The notes beneath the pieces are model-generated. The model was not told the origin of the DNA, ran no database searches, and saw only the letters and a list, made by a program, of their open reading frames with translations. 64,000 bases of DNA from Hahella sp. CCB-MM4 (lineage in GTDB: Bacteria; Pseudomonadota; Gammaproteobacteria; Pseudomonadales; Oleiphilaceae): the NCBI RefSeq assembly GCF_002260525.1, contig NZ_MRYI01000012.1, forward strand, positions 117,395-181,394, written 5' to 3'. A program made the position numbers and the translations under genes. Shown here one piece after another: positions 20,671-31,019 of the stretch. Each line of letters opens with the position of its first letter. Position 1 is the first letter of the stretch.

Positions 20671-21234
20671 TTATTCGCCGCTTGACGAAAACTTCAGATA
20701 ACCGTCTTTCCTTAGAGTCATATTGTTATTGCCGAAGTTTTTGGTTCCCGGGCAATTATAGACAATAACGGACAGCTTGAGTTGCCCGCCTTCCAGGTTG
20801 GCATATTCACCAGTTCCCTGTACCGGATTAATAGTTTCTATCGCTCTCATCGGTTCGCCTGTGCTGCAGAACATATCTCCACTGATAGGAACGATGGAGT
20901 CGTCCTGGGTATATACAGTTCCTGTACGTTCATCATTGACCAGCACATGTTGAGCCAGGAATGTGGATGTATCAACTTTACCGCGAACCAACCCATATAC
21001 CAGCATATATCGACGAATACGGACTCGCTCCTCATCGGGAAGTTTGGTCCAGTTTTCTCTCTCCAGGAAAACGGTGAATCTGCCCAGCTGTTCGGGTTGG
21101 GTGATGCCGATTTCCGTGGTGGTAATACTTCCGAGCATTGGCCGGTAAGTGCCGTCCAGCTCGCCGCTTAGATACCCTGCATTGGTGATGGTCGCAAATG
21201 CAGTCAGGCCGACTGCTAGAATTGTTTTTTTCAT
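20671..21234 (-). CDS. hypothetical secreted protein
   Basis: signal peptide MKKTILAVGLTAFATITNA; AAGGA RBS; no known domain. Confidence 0.5.
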   Translation of the reverse strand: MKKTILAVGLTAFATITNAGYLSGELDGTYRPMLGSITTTEIGITQPEQLGRFTVFLERENWTKLPDEERVRIRRYMLVYGLVRGKVDTSTFLAQHVLVNDERTGTVYTQDDSIVPISGDMFCSTGEPMRAIETINPVQGTGEYANLEGGQLKLSVIVYNCPGTKNFGNNNMTLRKDGYLKFSSSGE

Positions 21235-21546
21235 CTCGTTAAATCCTTGATTTTTAGTTCTTCCAAATTGATCAACTGACTTGTTGATAGTCACCTTAAG
21301 CTTAGGATGCTAATCCCATTCCGAACATCGGCTTTTTGGATGATCAAGAGGTTAGTGGCATGCCTGATTGAGTTGGGTCAAATGGGATAGGACTGGGTTT
21401 TGGGCAAGCGATTACTCAGTGCGGTCGGTTACTAAAAACAAACACAATAATACATTATGTTTTTGGTTGTTTTGTATCCAGGGGAGGTTCGTTGTCTATA
21501 CTGAAATGGGAGCGAGGGGGCGCGGTAAATCGAGAGGTACACTCCT

Positions 21547-23184
21547 GTGTTGGACTATTTCAGAAAAATAAGTATCACCAACCGATTCAATCTGATCTTC
21601 GGCCTTGTCATTGTCAGCATGCTGATCATGATCTGGATGGCGAGATTGAATACGGCTGATACGCTCATGGCTGGAAAACAGCATACCACCCGAAGTGTGA
21701 TAGACACTTCGATCAGTATTATTGAATACTTCTACGCCAAGTCCCAGGAAGGAGCCCTGTCAGAAGAGGATGCTAAAAAGCAGGCTCTGGAAGCAATCAA
21801 AGCGATTCGCTATGCAGGAGAGGAATATGTCTGGATCAATGATTATCAACATGTGGTGCTCATGCATCCGATCAAGCCGGCACTGGATGGCAAAAATCTT
21901 TATGATCTGAAAGACCCGAATGGCGTTCAGATATTTCGTGAATTTGTGAAAGTGGTGAAGAAAGACGGGGCAGGCTATGTCGCCTATGACTGGCCGAAGC
22001 CGGGACATGAGGATCCGGTTCCGAAAATCAGTTATGTCAAAGGGTTTGCGCCTTGGCAGTGGATTGCAGGAACGGGAGTATATGTTGACGACGTCAATGC
22101 CGAACTGAATGCCCAGACATTTGGGCTGATGAAAACCATGGGGTCAGTTTTATTGGTATTAGTGGCTGTCATGGTGGTTGTGTTGAGAAGTATTTCTATT
22201 CCTCTGAGGGACACACTGGAAAGAATGCGCGACATCGCTTCGGGTGAGGGGGATTTGACCAAGGAACTCAAAGCGGAGGGTAACGATGAGTTGGCCAGCC
22301 TGTCAGAGCAATTTAATACCTTCATCGAGAAAATCCGTGCCTTGGTGTTGAATGTCGGGGAGTCTATCGGGCAGCTATCGACAGCAGCTGAAACTCTGGG
22401 GAGTGCATCTGAGTCCAGTGCGGAAAGCGTCAAACTCCAACAGGGAGAAACTGATCAGGTCGCCAGTGCAATGAATGAAATGACGGCGTCTGCCGCTGAA
22501 ATTGCGCAAAGCGCAGAGAAGGCTTCCTCCAGTGCCGAAGAGGCGCGGCAGGAATCGGAGAGAGGCCGGCAGGTTGTGACTCGTACCCTTTCCATGGTGG
22601 AAGAGCTGGCAGATGCCATGAGTGCGACGACGGAGACTATTGCGAATCTCAAATCGGAAACACTGAATATCGGGTCTGTACTGACAGTGATCCAGGGAAT
22701 TGCAGAGCAAACCAATCTGTTGGCATTAAATGCTGCAATTGAGGCCGCCAGGGCTGGTGAGCAGGGACGTGGGTTTGCGGTTGTGGCGGATGAAGTCCGG
22801 GCGCTGGCGAGTAAAACCCAGCAGTCGACCGAAGAGATCAATGAGATGATTGCCAAGCTTCAGCAAAGGGCTTCTTCTGCTGTGGAAGCGATGGAGCAAA
22901 GCCAGAATAAAACCAAGTCTTCACTTGAACAGGCCGGAGAGGCGGATCAGATGCTCCAGAGGGTCGCCGAGGCTATTGGCATGATCAATGATATGAGCGC
23001 TCAAATTGCGACCGCCTCAGAAGAGCAAAGCCTGGTGGCGGATGAAATCAACAAAAATGTCTCCAACATCGTCCATTCTACTGAGGATACAGCGAGTTCT
23101 ACCAAGCGGGTTCTGGAATCCAGTCAGGATATTCGGCTGGTGGGGGAAACTCTTCAGCAGCAGGTTGGGCAATTCCGGGTTTGA
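21547..23184 (+). CDS. methyl-accepting chemotaxis protein with a single-Cache-type periplasmic sensor, HAMP and MA domains
   Basis: TM helix, Cache-like region, TM helix, HAMP, then the highly conserved MCP signalling domain ([30 protein letters not shown]). Confidence 0.92.
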   Translation: MLDYFRKISITNRFNLIFGLVIVSMLIMIWMARLNTADTLMAGKQHTTRSVIDTSISIIEYFYAKSQEGALSEEDAKKQALEAIKAIRYAGEEYVWINDYQHVVLMHPIKPALDGKNLYDLKDPNGVQIFREFVKVVKKDGAGYVAYDWPKPGHEDPVPKISYVKGFAPWQWIAGTGVYVDDVNAELNAQTFGLMKTMGSVLLVLVAVMVVVLRSISIPLRDTLERMRDIASGEGDLTKELKAEGNDELASLSEQFNTFIEKIRALVLNVGESIGQLSTAAETLGSASESSAESVKLQQGETDQVASAMNEMTASAAEIAQSAEKASSSAEEARQESERGRQVVTRTLSMVEELADAMSATTETIANLKSETLNIGSVLTVIQGIAEQTNLLALNAAIEAARAGEQGRGFAVVADEVRALASKTQQSTEEINEMIAKLQQRASSAVEAMEQSQNKTKSSLEQAGEADQMLQRVAEAIGMINDMSAQIATASEEQSLVADEINKNVSNIVHSTEDTASSTKRVLESSQDIRLVGETLQQQVGQFRV

Positions 23185-23256
23185 GTGACAATTTCGGGCT
23201 TGAGTGACAATTCTGGGTTTGATTGACAGTCCCCGGGGATAAGTGACTCCCGGGGT
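23167..23256. repeat. degenerate ~19-bp tandem repeats (TGAGTGACAATTTCGGG-type) overlapping the MCP stop, ending in a CCCCGGGG...CCCGGGG hairpin
   Basis: read from the sequence. Confidence 0.65.
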
Positions 23257-23402
23257 AAAATTCATCTGGCGTAGCACTGACTTTCTGTATATCCTTCCGG
23301 CGGCTTTACTGGTGTGGTAAAGCCGTCATATTCTTATCTCATGATGGACACTCCGTGAGAGTGTTCATCGTCGCTTTGATCAGGCATCCCGGGAAATCTT
23401 TA

Positions 23403-23624
23403 ATGATGAAAAGCAAAAAATACGATTTCAGAATCGTCCAGGACGATATGAGCTGGACCGGAGAGATTTTACGTAAAGTCACCAGCAGCAAGACGGTTGT
23501 ATCCAAGCGTCGTGAGGGCTTTGCCACAGAGGCGGAAGCACAGAAATGGTGTGAAGATGAACTGAAAGTCTTTCTGCAAAAGCTGACTGAGCACAATAAA
23601 AGGCATGCCGACCGCAGAGGCTAG
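23403..23624 (+). CDS. DUF3622-like small protein
   Basis: MKSKKYDFRIVQDDMSWTGEILRKVTSSKTVVSKRREGF pattern. Confidence 0.5.
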   Translation: MMKSKKYDFRIVQDDMSWTGEILRKVTSSKTVVSKRREGFATEAEAQKWCEDELKVFLQKLTEHNKRHADRRG

Positions 23625-23656
23625 AACAACTGTTCCTCTTGGTCGGCAGGCTCGAA

Positions 23657-24262
23657 TTAGCCTTGGGTGAAGGGCTGGTCTCCAACAAATACCATAAATA
23701 GCCCCAGGAAGATTAATACCCAGAACAATGCACCAATAATCAGCCAGATGATATTGGCGACGGTGAACTGGCTATTACTCTGGCCTTCGGGATCGTTACA
23801 GGCAACGTTGATTACCTGCTGAGCTTTGCAGAGTAGCCAGGCGCTCACCGGAAGGAGCGCCAGGGATACGAGGTCCGTAATTGGTGAACCGACGTCATTA
23901 TAGGAAAGACGATCGCATATACTGCCCACTATTGCTGCCAGGACGAAACCGGTAGCCAACGTTTGAGGGCTCCATAGTGCCTTTGAGCGTTCTCCAAGTG
24001 TTTCGTCTACTTTTCGAAACAGGGTATGAGTAAAGAATATGTAAAAGATCGATCTTGGTACCGGCCAAATACTAAGATTATTGGTGCGCTTGTATTGGGC
24101 CCAGTTCTTGTAAAACCAGATAAATCCATACAGACCCACTGTCCCAATATACAAAAATAAGAATTTCCGTATAGAAACGATGTAGAACTGGCTATTTGAG
24201 GACTTCTTTTCCTCACTGGTCAGGAGGTCTGTTTTTGGGGCTTCGTAAACATTGGTTTCCAC
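23657..24262 (-). CDS. hypothetical integral membrane protein (4 predicted TM helices)
   Basis: hydrophobic segments; no known motif; 99 bp downstream of the zinc-ribbon gene on the same strand. Confidence 0.5.
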   Translation of the reverse strand: METNVYEAPKTDLLTSEEKKSSNSQFYIVSIRKFLFLYIGTVGLYGFIWFYKNWAQYKRTNNLSIWPVPRSIFYIFFTHTLFRKVDETLGERSKALWSPQTLATGFVLAAIVGSICDRLSYNDVGSPITDLVSLALLPVSAWLLCKAQQVINVACNDPEGQSNSQFTVANIIWLIIGALFWVLIFLGLFMVFVGDQPFTQG

Positions 24263-24361
24263 AATCTATTCCTTGCAAGTCCTCCGACACAGCTTTTGGC
24301 TGTAAGTCGGCGATGTTTCCATAACTTAACTTTCTGGCTGTTAGGCACCAGTTGTTAAATG

Positions 24362-24892
24362 CTAGCTATTTAGTAAAAGATACTGCCGTATCTCAACCTG
24401 TTTTTCGTGCTGTAACATCCAGCTTTTAAATTCCCGGACCTTTTCAAAATCCTCTTCACCGATACTCTCCTGGTAACGCTGGTTAACCCGGTTGATCTGT
24501 TGCTGTCTGCGCAACTCCCGTTGCCATTCCTCAGTGAAAATTTTGGGTAACTGACCCGCAAGTTCCAATTGCTTCAATAGTTTCCATTCGCCTTTGTCCA
24601 GCCATGCTTCATCACAATGGGTGCAAAGATCCAGTTTGTTCTGGGTGCTCAGGTCTATACGGAACTTGGTCATCAAACGTGAGCACTTCGGGCAGACCTT
24701 GGCGTGGTCGCTGTCTTCAGGGAGCACTTCCACTTCGACTTTTTCAACAGGTTCGTTCTGTTGCTGCACCCAATGGCGGTAATTCAGCAATGGCAGCAGA
24801 GCGCCTTCGCACTTCGGGCAACTGGCGGCCAGAAGATTCTCTTCCAATAAACGGGGTTCCAGGGTATAGCCTGGGCATTGTGGGCAGTGCAT
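24362..24892 (-). CDS. double zinc-ribbon protein (two CxxC...CxxC modules, zf-TFIIB-like) with a charged C-terminal helical tail
   Basis: CPQC...CPKC and CPKC...CTHC pairs; last gene of the minus-strand cluster. Confidence 0.6.
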   Translation of the reverse strand: MHCPQCPGYTLEPRLLEENLLAASCPKCEGALLPLLNYRHWVQQQNEPVEKVEVEVLPEDSDHAKVCPKCSRLMTKFRIDLSTQNKLDLCTHCDEAWLDKGEWKLLKQLELAGQLPKIFTEEWQRELRRQQQINRVNQRYQESIGEEDFEKVREFKSWMLQHEKQVEIRQYLLLNS

Positions 24893-24909
24893 TTTGATTA
24901 CTCCTGTTG

Positions 24910-25476
24910 CTATCTGATTCTGGCAGATTGTTTTCTAAATACGGTTGTCAGCCATGCGGCACCTATACCTGAAAGTGCTCCGAATAAATGGGCTTCAAAA
25001 GAAACCCGGGGATCATTGGGGAGAACCCCATAAATCATCCCTCCATAGAGAAACACAACGATCAGGGCGATAAATATATTCAATGCGCTACGGTCAAACC
25101 AGGCTAACGCGATACTCAGGCTCCAGAGGCCAAAAATCCAGCCGCTGGCACCAATGTGGATTGAGGGGCGGCCGAAAAACCATATCAGCAGGCCGCTGAA
25201 GGTAATGATAAAGAAGCTGCTCCAGATATAAAGCTTCAATGACCTGAGCAGGCAGAGCCAGCTGAAAATCGCAAAGCCCACCAGGTTGTTGAATAGATGA
25301 TCGAACCCACCATGCAGGAATGGTGCGGCATATATACCTGGAAGACTGCTCAGCACATGAGGCCTGATGCCGTATCGCAACAACTGGTAGTTCATCAGTA
25401 TGTTGGTCAAATGTACCACGATCATGAGAACGGCCAGCCACAGGATGATTTTGGTGCGATACCATAACTTATTCAT
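24910..25476 (-). CDS. rhomboid family intramembrane serine protease
   Basis: 6 TM helices; GASGWIFGL catalytic Ser motif and a downstream His (AHLFGALSG). Confidence 0.85.
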   Translation of the reverse strand: MNKLWYRTKIILWLAVLMIVVHLTNILMNYQLLRYGIRPHVLSSLPGIYAAPFLHGGFDHLFNNLVGFAIFSWLCLLRSLKLYIWSSFFIITFSGLLIWFFGRPSIHIGASGWIFGLWSLSIALAWFDRSALNIFIALIVVFLYGGMIYGVLPNDPRVSFEAHLFGALSGIGAAWLTTVFRKQSARIR

Positions 25477-25527
25477 CGGAGTCGCCGGCCTGTTCTTCTC
25501 TCTATTTCTTCTCTATCTGGCTTTACT

Positions 25528-28500
25528 TCAATCATGTTTCCTGGTGCGTTTGATTTCCTCTTCCAGATTCTTTAGCTGTCGTGAAATATCCTGCATTTTT
25601 TCCTGGGTTCGCAGATCGATATCAATCTTCTTATCCATGCTATGTACCAACGGATAGAGGCTGTTCTGCCAAGTATCGGCCAGGACCCGCAGGATGTTTT
25701 CCAAGCCGGGAATTGGAGGACTGTTTACTTCCACTTTAGGCTCTACCTTCAGCTTTGGTGTGCTCTTGCTGATGGTTTGCCCCAGGTTGTTAAGGGACTC
25801 AAGCAGTCCGCTCTGGAACTGTTGATTCGCCTGCCGGCTTTCCTGCTCACGTTGCTGTTGGAACTCAGCTGTAGCGGCCCGGTTTTCGGCCACGCTGTGA
25901 TTCAGATGCTGGATACCTTCGACGAGATCGGTCAGCTGGGCAACCACGCGGCCACCTACGTCTGCGTCACTGCCACCCATGGCTTTGTTGCGCAGGAAGT
26001 CCTTCTTGATTTGCTCCCACCGCTGCTGTTCTTCGGACGTCATGTTGCCCCGAAGTGCCGCCAGTTTGAGCAGGTTTTCTTCCGCTCCAGTGGTCAGTAG
26101 CTGGGCCTCACCAAGATAATGGTCGGAGATGAGCTGCATCAATTCATCGTCGTTCATCACCGACGAGACTTTCTCCGCCATCTTGTTCATGTTCCGGTAG
26201 CTGCCCTGCAGCTTGAAGGAAGGCTCGTTTCGATATCGGTCGTCCTGTGCGGCGGAGGCAATATACTGCTGGTTGATCTTGAGAATGACATCCTGGATCA
26301 CAAACAGTTTTTGTAATACGGACTTCATTTCATTCAACTCTGCACCACTGTATTGATGCTTGAGATCTGTCGCGGCAACCGGTTCACCTTTCGCCATGGC
26401 GATGATTTTGTATACATCGTCCATTTCCCTGGTTGCCAGAGGTGCCAATACAGAATTGGAGGTAAGGCTATTCTCGATATAACTCAGGCTGAACTGCTCG
26501 TCCATGCCGCCGAGTATATCGCCCAGGTTGTAGATATCTGCCCGGTTGGCCAGCATGTCGGGGACCTTGAAGGCTTCACCGGACTCCGTATACGGGTTAC
26601 CAGCCATGACCACACAGAACTTGCGTCCGCGCATATCGTAGGTTTTGGTCTTGCCTTTCCAGACCCCCTCTATGCGACGGGTGCCGTCACACAATGAGAT
26701 GAATTTCTGCAGGAATTCCGGGTGCGTATGCTGGATGTCATCCAGGTACAGCATGACATTGTTCCCCATTTCCAGTGCCAGATTGAGCTTTTGCAGCTCC
26801 TGGCGTGCCGTGGCGTTGGGGGCTTGGGCCGGATCCAGGGATAAAACGTCATGGCCGAGGGATGGACAGTTAATCTTCATGAAGATCAACCCAAGCCGGT
26901 TAGCCACATATTCCATCAGGGTGGTTTTACCGTAACCTGGAGGAGAGATCATCATGAGGAGGCCCATCAGGTCGGTTCGTTTGGACTCTCCAACGGTTCC
27001 CATCTGTTTAGCCAGGTTGTCACCGATAATCGGCAGATAAGATTCATTAATCAGGCGGTTGCGGACAAACGAACTCAGCGGACGAGGTTTGAACTCCTCC
27101 AATCGTAGGGCTGAACGTTCCTCTTCAATGATCGTCTGACGAAGGCGCAGATAGTTGTGGTAGCTGGGAACAACTTCCTGCTGATGTCGCTGAAGACGTA
27201 ACATGAATCCGTCCAGGGAGAAACGCAGTGCTTGCTGCTCCATTCCCGGATGATCGCCGAGCAGGCCGCTGACTTCCAGCTCCAGGTCTGTCTGGCTGAG
27301 GCGTCTCTCGATTCTTTGGCCTGCATTCATGAGCGCGACAGCTTCAGGAATATAGTGTTCCAAATGCCCAAGGTTCTTTTTTCCCACCATCGCTGACAGC
27401 CAGGCTTCGCCCAGTTTCCAGCGTTCTGCCACCTGGCCGTGCAGCTGCTCCTGTGCGGTCTGGTAGGTACGCCAGCTTTCTTCATCCAGTGAGCGTTTGA
27501 ACTCCTCTGCAAGATCCTGTGCGTATTTGCTGCTGATAAACTCCAGCCGTTCACGTCCCATTTCTGCCACAAGATAAGAGGCAGCCTGTTGTTGCTCCAG
27601 GTCTGAGAAGGGCAGGGGATAGCATTCCAGGAAACGTTGCAGATGTTCCAGGACTTCCTGTTCAAGGTGCTTGATAGCCCGAGTATCGGCAAAGGTGTTC
27701 TTAAGCAGCTGAGCAGACTGTGCTCTTTGCTGCCAGGTCGCCGCTTTTCCAGTGAGTTCTTCAATATTGCTGCGGCCGGGCAGGGCGGATTGAGTGCCCA
27801 GGGGCTTGATCAGGTTTGCCCAATAAATCTGGGCCAGGCCACGGGATTTTGGATTGAAGATCAATAGATCCGCACTGTCCATGGCCGGCAGTAATTGTTT
27901 CAGAATGAGGGCTGCATCATGATCATGAACACCCTTTTGATAACCCTCTTTGTAACGGGGAGCCGAAAAGGTTCGGATCAGCTTCAGGAGCTCCTCATCA
28001 TCAAGCAATGCCTGATTCAGGGTGTCCATATTAAAGTCATGTTGACCGGAATCTGCTGCCTCTATCAGTTGCATGGCAAGGTATTCCGAACGGTATACTT
28101 CACTGGTTTCGGACTCGAGAGTCATATCCCAGTATGGTTTCAGTGCTAAAAGCTCCGGCCGTTCAATCGATTCGAAGAAGTTGGTCCCGGTAAGGTGAAT
28201 GCTGAGTTTGTCTTCCCGGGGCAAAATGGTCAGGTCAAGTTCCTGGGTGTTCACACTGAATTTGTGTCTTGGCCCCAGCTTGATGACATTGCCACCCGCC
28301 TCGTAAATGTCGGATTTGTCCCGTAGCGAACGGGTGGACTGTTCACGGACAGACTTCAGACGGGATTCAACATCGTCTGCTTTAACATTACTGTCGAGCT
28401 CCCGTAGTTTTTCCACGGATTCACGAACTTTCTGAACCAGGGCATCCGAAGCAAAGAAGGTATTGAGTTCGTCTGCTTCGTTAAACTTCATTGCCCGGCG

Positions 28501-30873
28501 TTCAATGCTCGCCAGTATCCGGTTGGCGCCGTCAAGAATGGTCTGCGCCTTGCGCTGACGCTCATCCAGCAGCTGTTGCTTATGGGTCTCGAAAGTCTCA
28601 TAGACCTCCTCCCGTTTCTCCATGATATCGGTTAGAAACTGGTCGAAGTCACTGAACTGGCTTTCCAGCTCTTCCAGCTGGATTAACAGACGGGAGAGTT
28701 GCTCGTCACAACGCTCTGGCGTCGAGGCCATACTTAGAGCATTGGTAATGCTCTGGGAGAACAGCTTGAACTGCGCTCCAAACTGTGCGGTTGCCTCTTC
28801 AGAACCAAGGTTCTTACCTTTGTTGGACGCCTTGGCTTTGCTCTGGTTAAGCCGGGAGTAAATGTCAGATATGGAGTCAACAATCTGGGTGCGGACATTG
28901 GCGTCTGCTACCTTGAGAGTGGCCATCAACTCCGACAGCAGATCAAGACCCGAAGCCATGTTGTTGAATGTGTCGATCAGTGGGGACAACGTTGCCATGG
29001 AGGTTGCCGCTTCAACCTCACCATTGAGCTGGTCAATGCGTTCCAGGTAAGGATTAAAAGCATCTTCACCCTGGAGGAATTCCACGGTACGTTCACTCAG
29101 GTTCTCCTGGGCTTTCACCAATTGACCGTCGAGCTCGCTAATGCGGGTCGTGTCTATGTAACGGAGTTCCTTGATCGTGGTCAGATGGCCGCGTTGATGA
29201 CGAATCTTGTCCAGTGCGGCAACATACTCTTCTGCCGACTCCCAGTTTTCCGGGCGAATGGCAGTAAGTATCGACTTCTGTTCTTCCTCCGCTTTGGCCA
29301 TGGTTTTGGCCGATTGCTGGCGGATGGACTGAACCTTTTCAAACTCATCGATGACCAGCTCTGCGGTTGCAGAGATTTCCTTCAGCAAAGTGGCAATACT
29401 TGCCACTTCCTCTTCTTCTATCCAGAAGTGATGATCGAAGAATTTATTGGCATTGACACTGAGTTCTTCGTAAAGCCTGGCTGATACGGATTGGTTTTTG
29501 ATGATCCGGACCAGGCTGAACAGATCGGAAACCCCTCTGACCAGTTCGGAGTTGCCAATACGCCCGTAGAACGTCTTGGATGGCGGGATCTTGCTGGCAA
29601 ACTCTTCACTGACAAAAGGCGTTTGCCAGATTTGCATGGGATGAACCCGGGTCGGTTCTTCCTCCGCCGTGAAGATGACCAATGTGCCGTCGTCTGCCAA
29701 CGCATAACCGTGACCATAGATAGGGTTCTGAATCGCCTTCTCGATCAGGTTGTAGGCTAACAGGCAAACAACACCTTCTTCAGGCTGATAGAAAGAATAG
29801 AGAACATCCTCGCCATTGGGGGAGCGCATTTGCCGCTTAAATTTCAGACCCTTTACATCGCCGTCAAAGGTTTTGAATTCACCGGTCTGGAGATAGTAAC
29901 CACCGGGGAAAATGATGCCGTGGTCCTCTGGCAGCTGTACGCAGGATTGACCGATGGCATCGATACGTAGCACGTCCTGGGTCAGGGTGTTGAATATCAG
30001 ATAGCGCCACTGTTCTTCGCGGTAAGGGCGGATTTTCAGAAGTATCAGATCGCCCAGATGAGCGTAAAAAATACTGGCATCGTCGATGGATTGAGTATCA
30101 TCTTCTACGTCTTCGCGGTAGATACCAAGACCGTCATCGGTGTTGTTCTCCACCTTGATGGTCAGGTCCCCGTTAATGGTTTCCACAAAGACTTTGTCGA
30201 GAATATTGATGTGGGGATGCCGGCCATGCACGGTGTCTTCACGCACAGTGGCGGTCCACTCGAAATCGAAAGCGGGAGGTAGTTGAATGTCCCGCTCACC
30301 CCGATTATCGATATATTTGACCTGTTTTCCGTCCGGTGAGATTGACCAGCGGAATACGCGGATATCTTCCAGTCTTTCACCGATCTGGAAGCCGGCCAGA
30401 AGCTTTCCATCCTTGACGGTTAGCTCTACCAGCCGGGTATGTTTGTAATAGCGATAGAGTTCGTCGAAGTCGTTAACAAAACTTCGCTCAGACAGGAAGG
30501 AGTTGTCCAATACAACTTCTTCCATGGCTTGTTCTGCGCCTTCTCCCTGAAGGCGAAACAATGCGAAAACGTCCTCAACCTTGGTTTCCTTTTTAAGGCC
30601 CAGGTAGACATTGAAGCCGAATACAAGAAGCTCACCAACCTGCACCATATCCCTGGGGATACAGTTGTTTTCCGTGCGGACTCTCACCCGGGTAGTCACG
30701 CTCATTTCTGAGGTGCCAAACTCTTCAAGGCGTGCGTTGTTTAGGGTTTTTGCCTGGTCCTCAAGCTGTTTTCCCTGGTCGATCAAACGTTTTCGGATGA
30801 CTTCATAAGCACCACCTTCAGCTACCGCCGATTCGGTCAGGTCGGTGTCTTTGGTTTGATCCTGCTGTGCCAT
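25528..30873 (-). CDS. giant (~1780 aa) soluble protein with an embedded MoxR/AAA_5-type AAA+ ATPase module near residues 1300-1480; unknown N-terminal domain and a long alpha-helical middle region
   Basis: Walker A SPPGYGKTT (nt ~26920-26943), Walker B VMLYLDDIQ, sensor-1 VVMAGNP, then the GEAFKVPDMLANRADI signature of the NP..G..LP..L.DRF type; no TM helix; start taken at the AGGA-preceded ATG at 30873, with an alternative GTG at 30918. Confidence 0.7.
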   Translation of the reverse strand: MAQQDQTKDTDLTESAVAEGGAYEVIRKRLIDQGKQLEDQAKTLNNARLEEFGTSEMSVTTRVRVRTENNCIPRDMVQVGELLVFGFNVYLGLKKETKVEDVFALFRLQGEGAEQAMEEVVLDNSFLSERSFVNDFDELYRYYKHTRLVELTVKDGKLLAGFQIGERLEDIRVFRWSISPDGKQVKYIDNRGERDIQLPPAFDFEWTATVREDTVHGRHPHINILDKVFVETINGDLTIKVENNTDDGLGIYREDVEDDTQSIDDASIFYAHLGDLILLKIRPYREEQWRYLIFNTLTQDVLRIDAIGQSCVQLPEDHGIIFPGGYYLQTGEFKTFDGDVKGLKFKRQMRSPNGEDVLYSFYQPEEGVVCLLAYNLIEKAIQNPIYGHGYALADDGTLVIFTAEEEPTRVHPMQIWQTPFVSEEFASKIPPSKTFYGRIGNSELVRGVSDLFSLVRIIKNQSVSARLYEELSVNANKFFDHHFWIEEEEVASIATLLKEISATAELVIDEFEKVQSIRQQSAKTMAKAEEEQKSILTAIRPENWESAEEYVAALDKIRHQRGHLTTIKELRYIDTTRISELDGQLVKAQENLSERTVEFLQGEDAFNPYLERIDQLNGEVEAATSMATLSPLIDTFNNMASGLDLLSELMATLKVADANVRTQIVDSISDIYSRLNQSKAKASNKGKNLGSEEATAQFGAQFKLFSQSITNALSMASTPERCDEQLSRLLIQLEELESQFSDFDQFLTDIMEKREEVYETFETHKQQLLDERQRKAQTILDGANRILASIERRAMKFNEADELNTFFASDALVQKVRESVEKLRELDSNVKADDVESRLKSVREQSTRSLRDKSDIYEAGGNVIKLGPRHKFSVNTQELDLTILPREDKLSIHLTGTNFFESIERPELLALKPYWDMTLESETSEVYRSEYLAMQLIEAADSGQHDFNMDTLNQALLDDEELLKLIRTFSAPRYKEGYQKGVHDHDAALILKQLLPAMDSADLLIFNPKSRGLAQIYWANLIKPLGTQSALPGRSNIEELTGKAATWQQRAQSAQLLKNTFADTRAIKHLEQEVLEHLQRFLECYPLPFSDLEQQQAASYLVAEMGRERLEFISSKYAQDLAEEFKRSLDEESWRTYQTAQEQLHGQVAERWKLGEAWLSAMVGKKNLGHLEHYIPEAVALMNAGQRIERRLSQTDLELEVSGLLGDHPGMEQQALRFSLDGFMLRLQRHQQEVVPSYHNYLRLRQTIIEEERSALRLEEFKPRPLSSFVRNRLINESYLPIIGDNLAKQMGTVGESKRTDLMGLLMMISPPGYGKTTLMEYVANRLGLIFMKINCPSLGHDVLSLDPAQAPNATARQELQKLNLALEMGNNVMLYLDDIQHTHPEFLQKFISLCDGTRRIEGVWKGKTKTYDMRGRKFCVVMAGNPYTESGEAFKVPDMLANRADIYNLGDILGGMDEQFSLSYIENSLTSNSVLAPLATREMDDVYKIIAMAKGEPVAATDLKHQYSGAELNEMKSVLQKLFVIQDVILKINQQYIASAAQDDRYRNEPSFKLQGSYRNMNKMAEKVSSVMNDDELMQLISDHYLGEAQLLTTGAEENLLKLAALRGNMTSEEQQRWEQIKKDFLRNKAMGGSDADVGGRVVAQLTDLVEGIQHLNHSVAENRAATAEFQQQREQESRQANQQFQSGLLESLNNLGQTISKSTPKLKVEPKVEVNSPPIPGLENILRVLADTWQNSLYPLVHSMDKKIDIDLRTQEKMQDISRQLKNLEEEIKRTRKHD

Positions 30874-30981
30874 ATTGTTTTCCTGTAACCTGTCTTTACT
30901 CGAAAGCTTTTTACGCACCCGCTCACAACTGTTGTCAGCGAATCATCTTTACCCATTGCGATGGTTAAAGGTGGGATTAGG

Positions 30982-31004
30982 GGAGGCGAGCTGTACCCGC
31001 CTCC
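30982..31004 (-). other. intra-operon GC hairpin (GGAGGCG-N9-CGCCTCC) between the flotillin and giant ATPase genes
   Basis: read from the sequence; no U-tract. Confidence 0.35.
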
Positions 31005-31019
31005 GTATGCAACGATCTG

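Noticed and set aside
25642-30711. Multiple 60-150-aa plus-strand ORFs inside the giant ATPase gene
   Set aside because: All are embedded antisense in one continuous 5.3-kb reading frame carrying coherent AAA+ motifs; none has an RBS or a motif.
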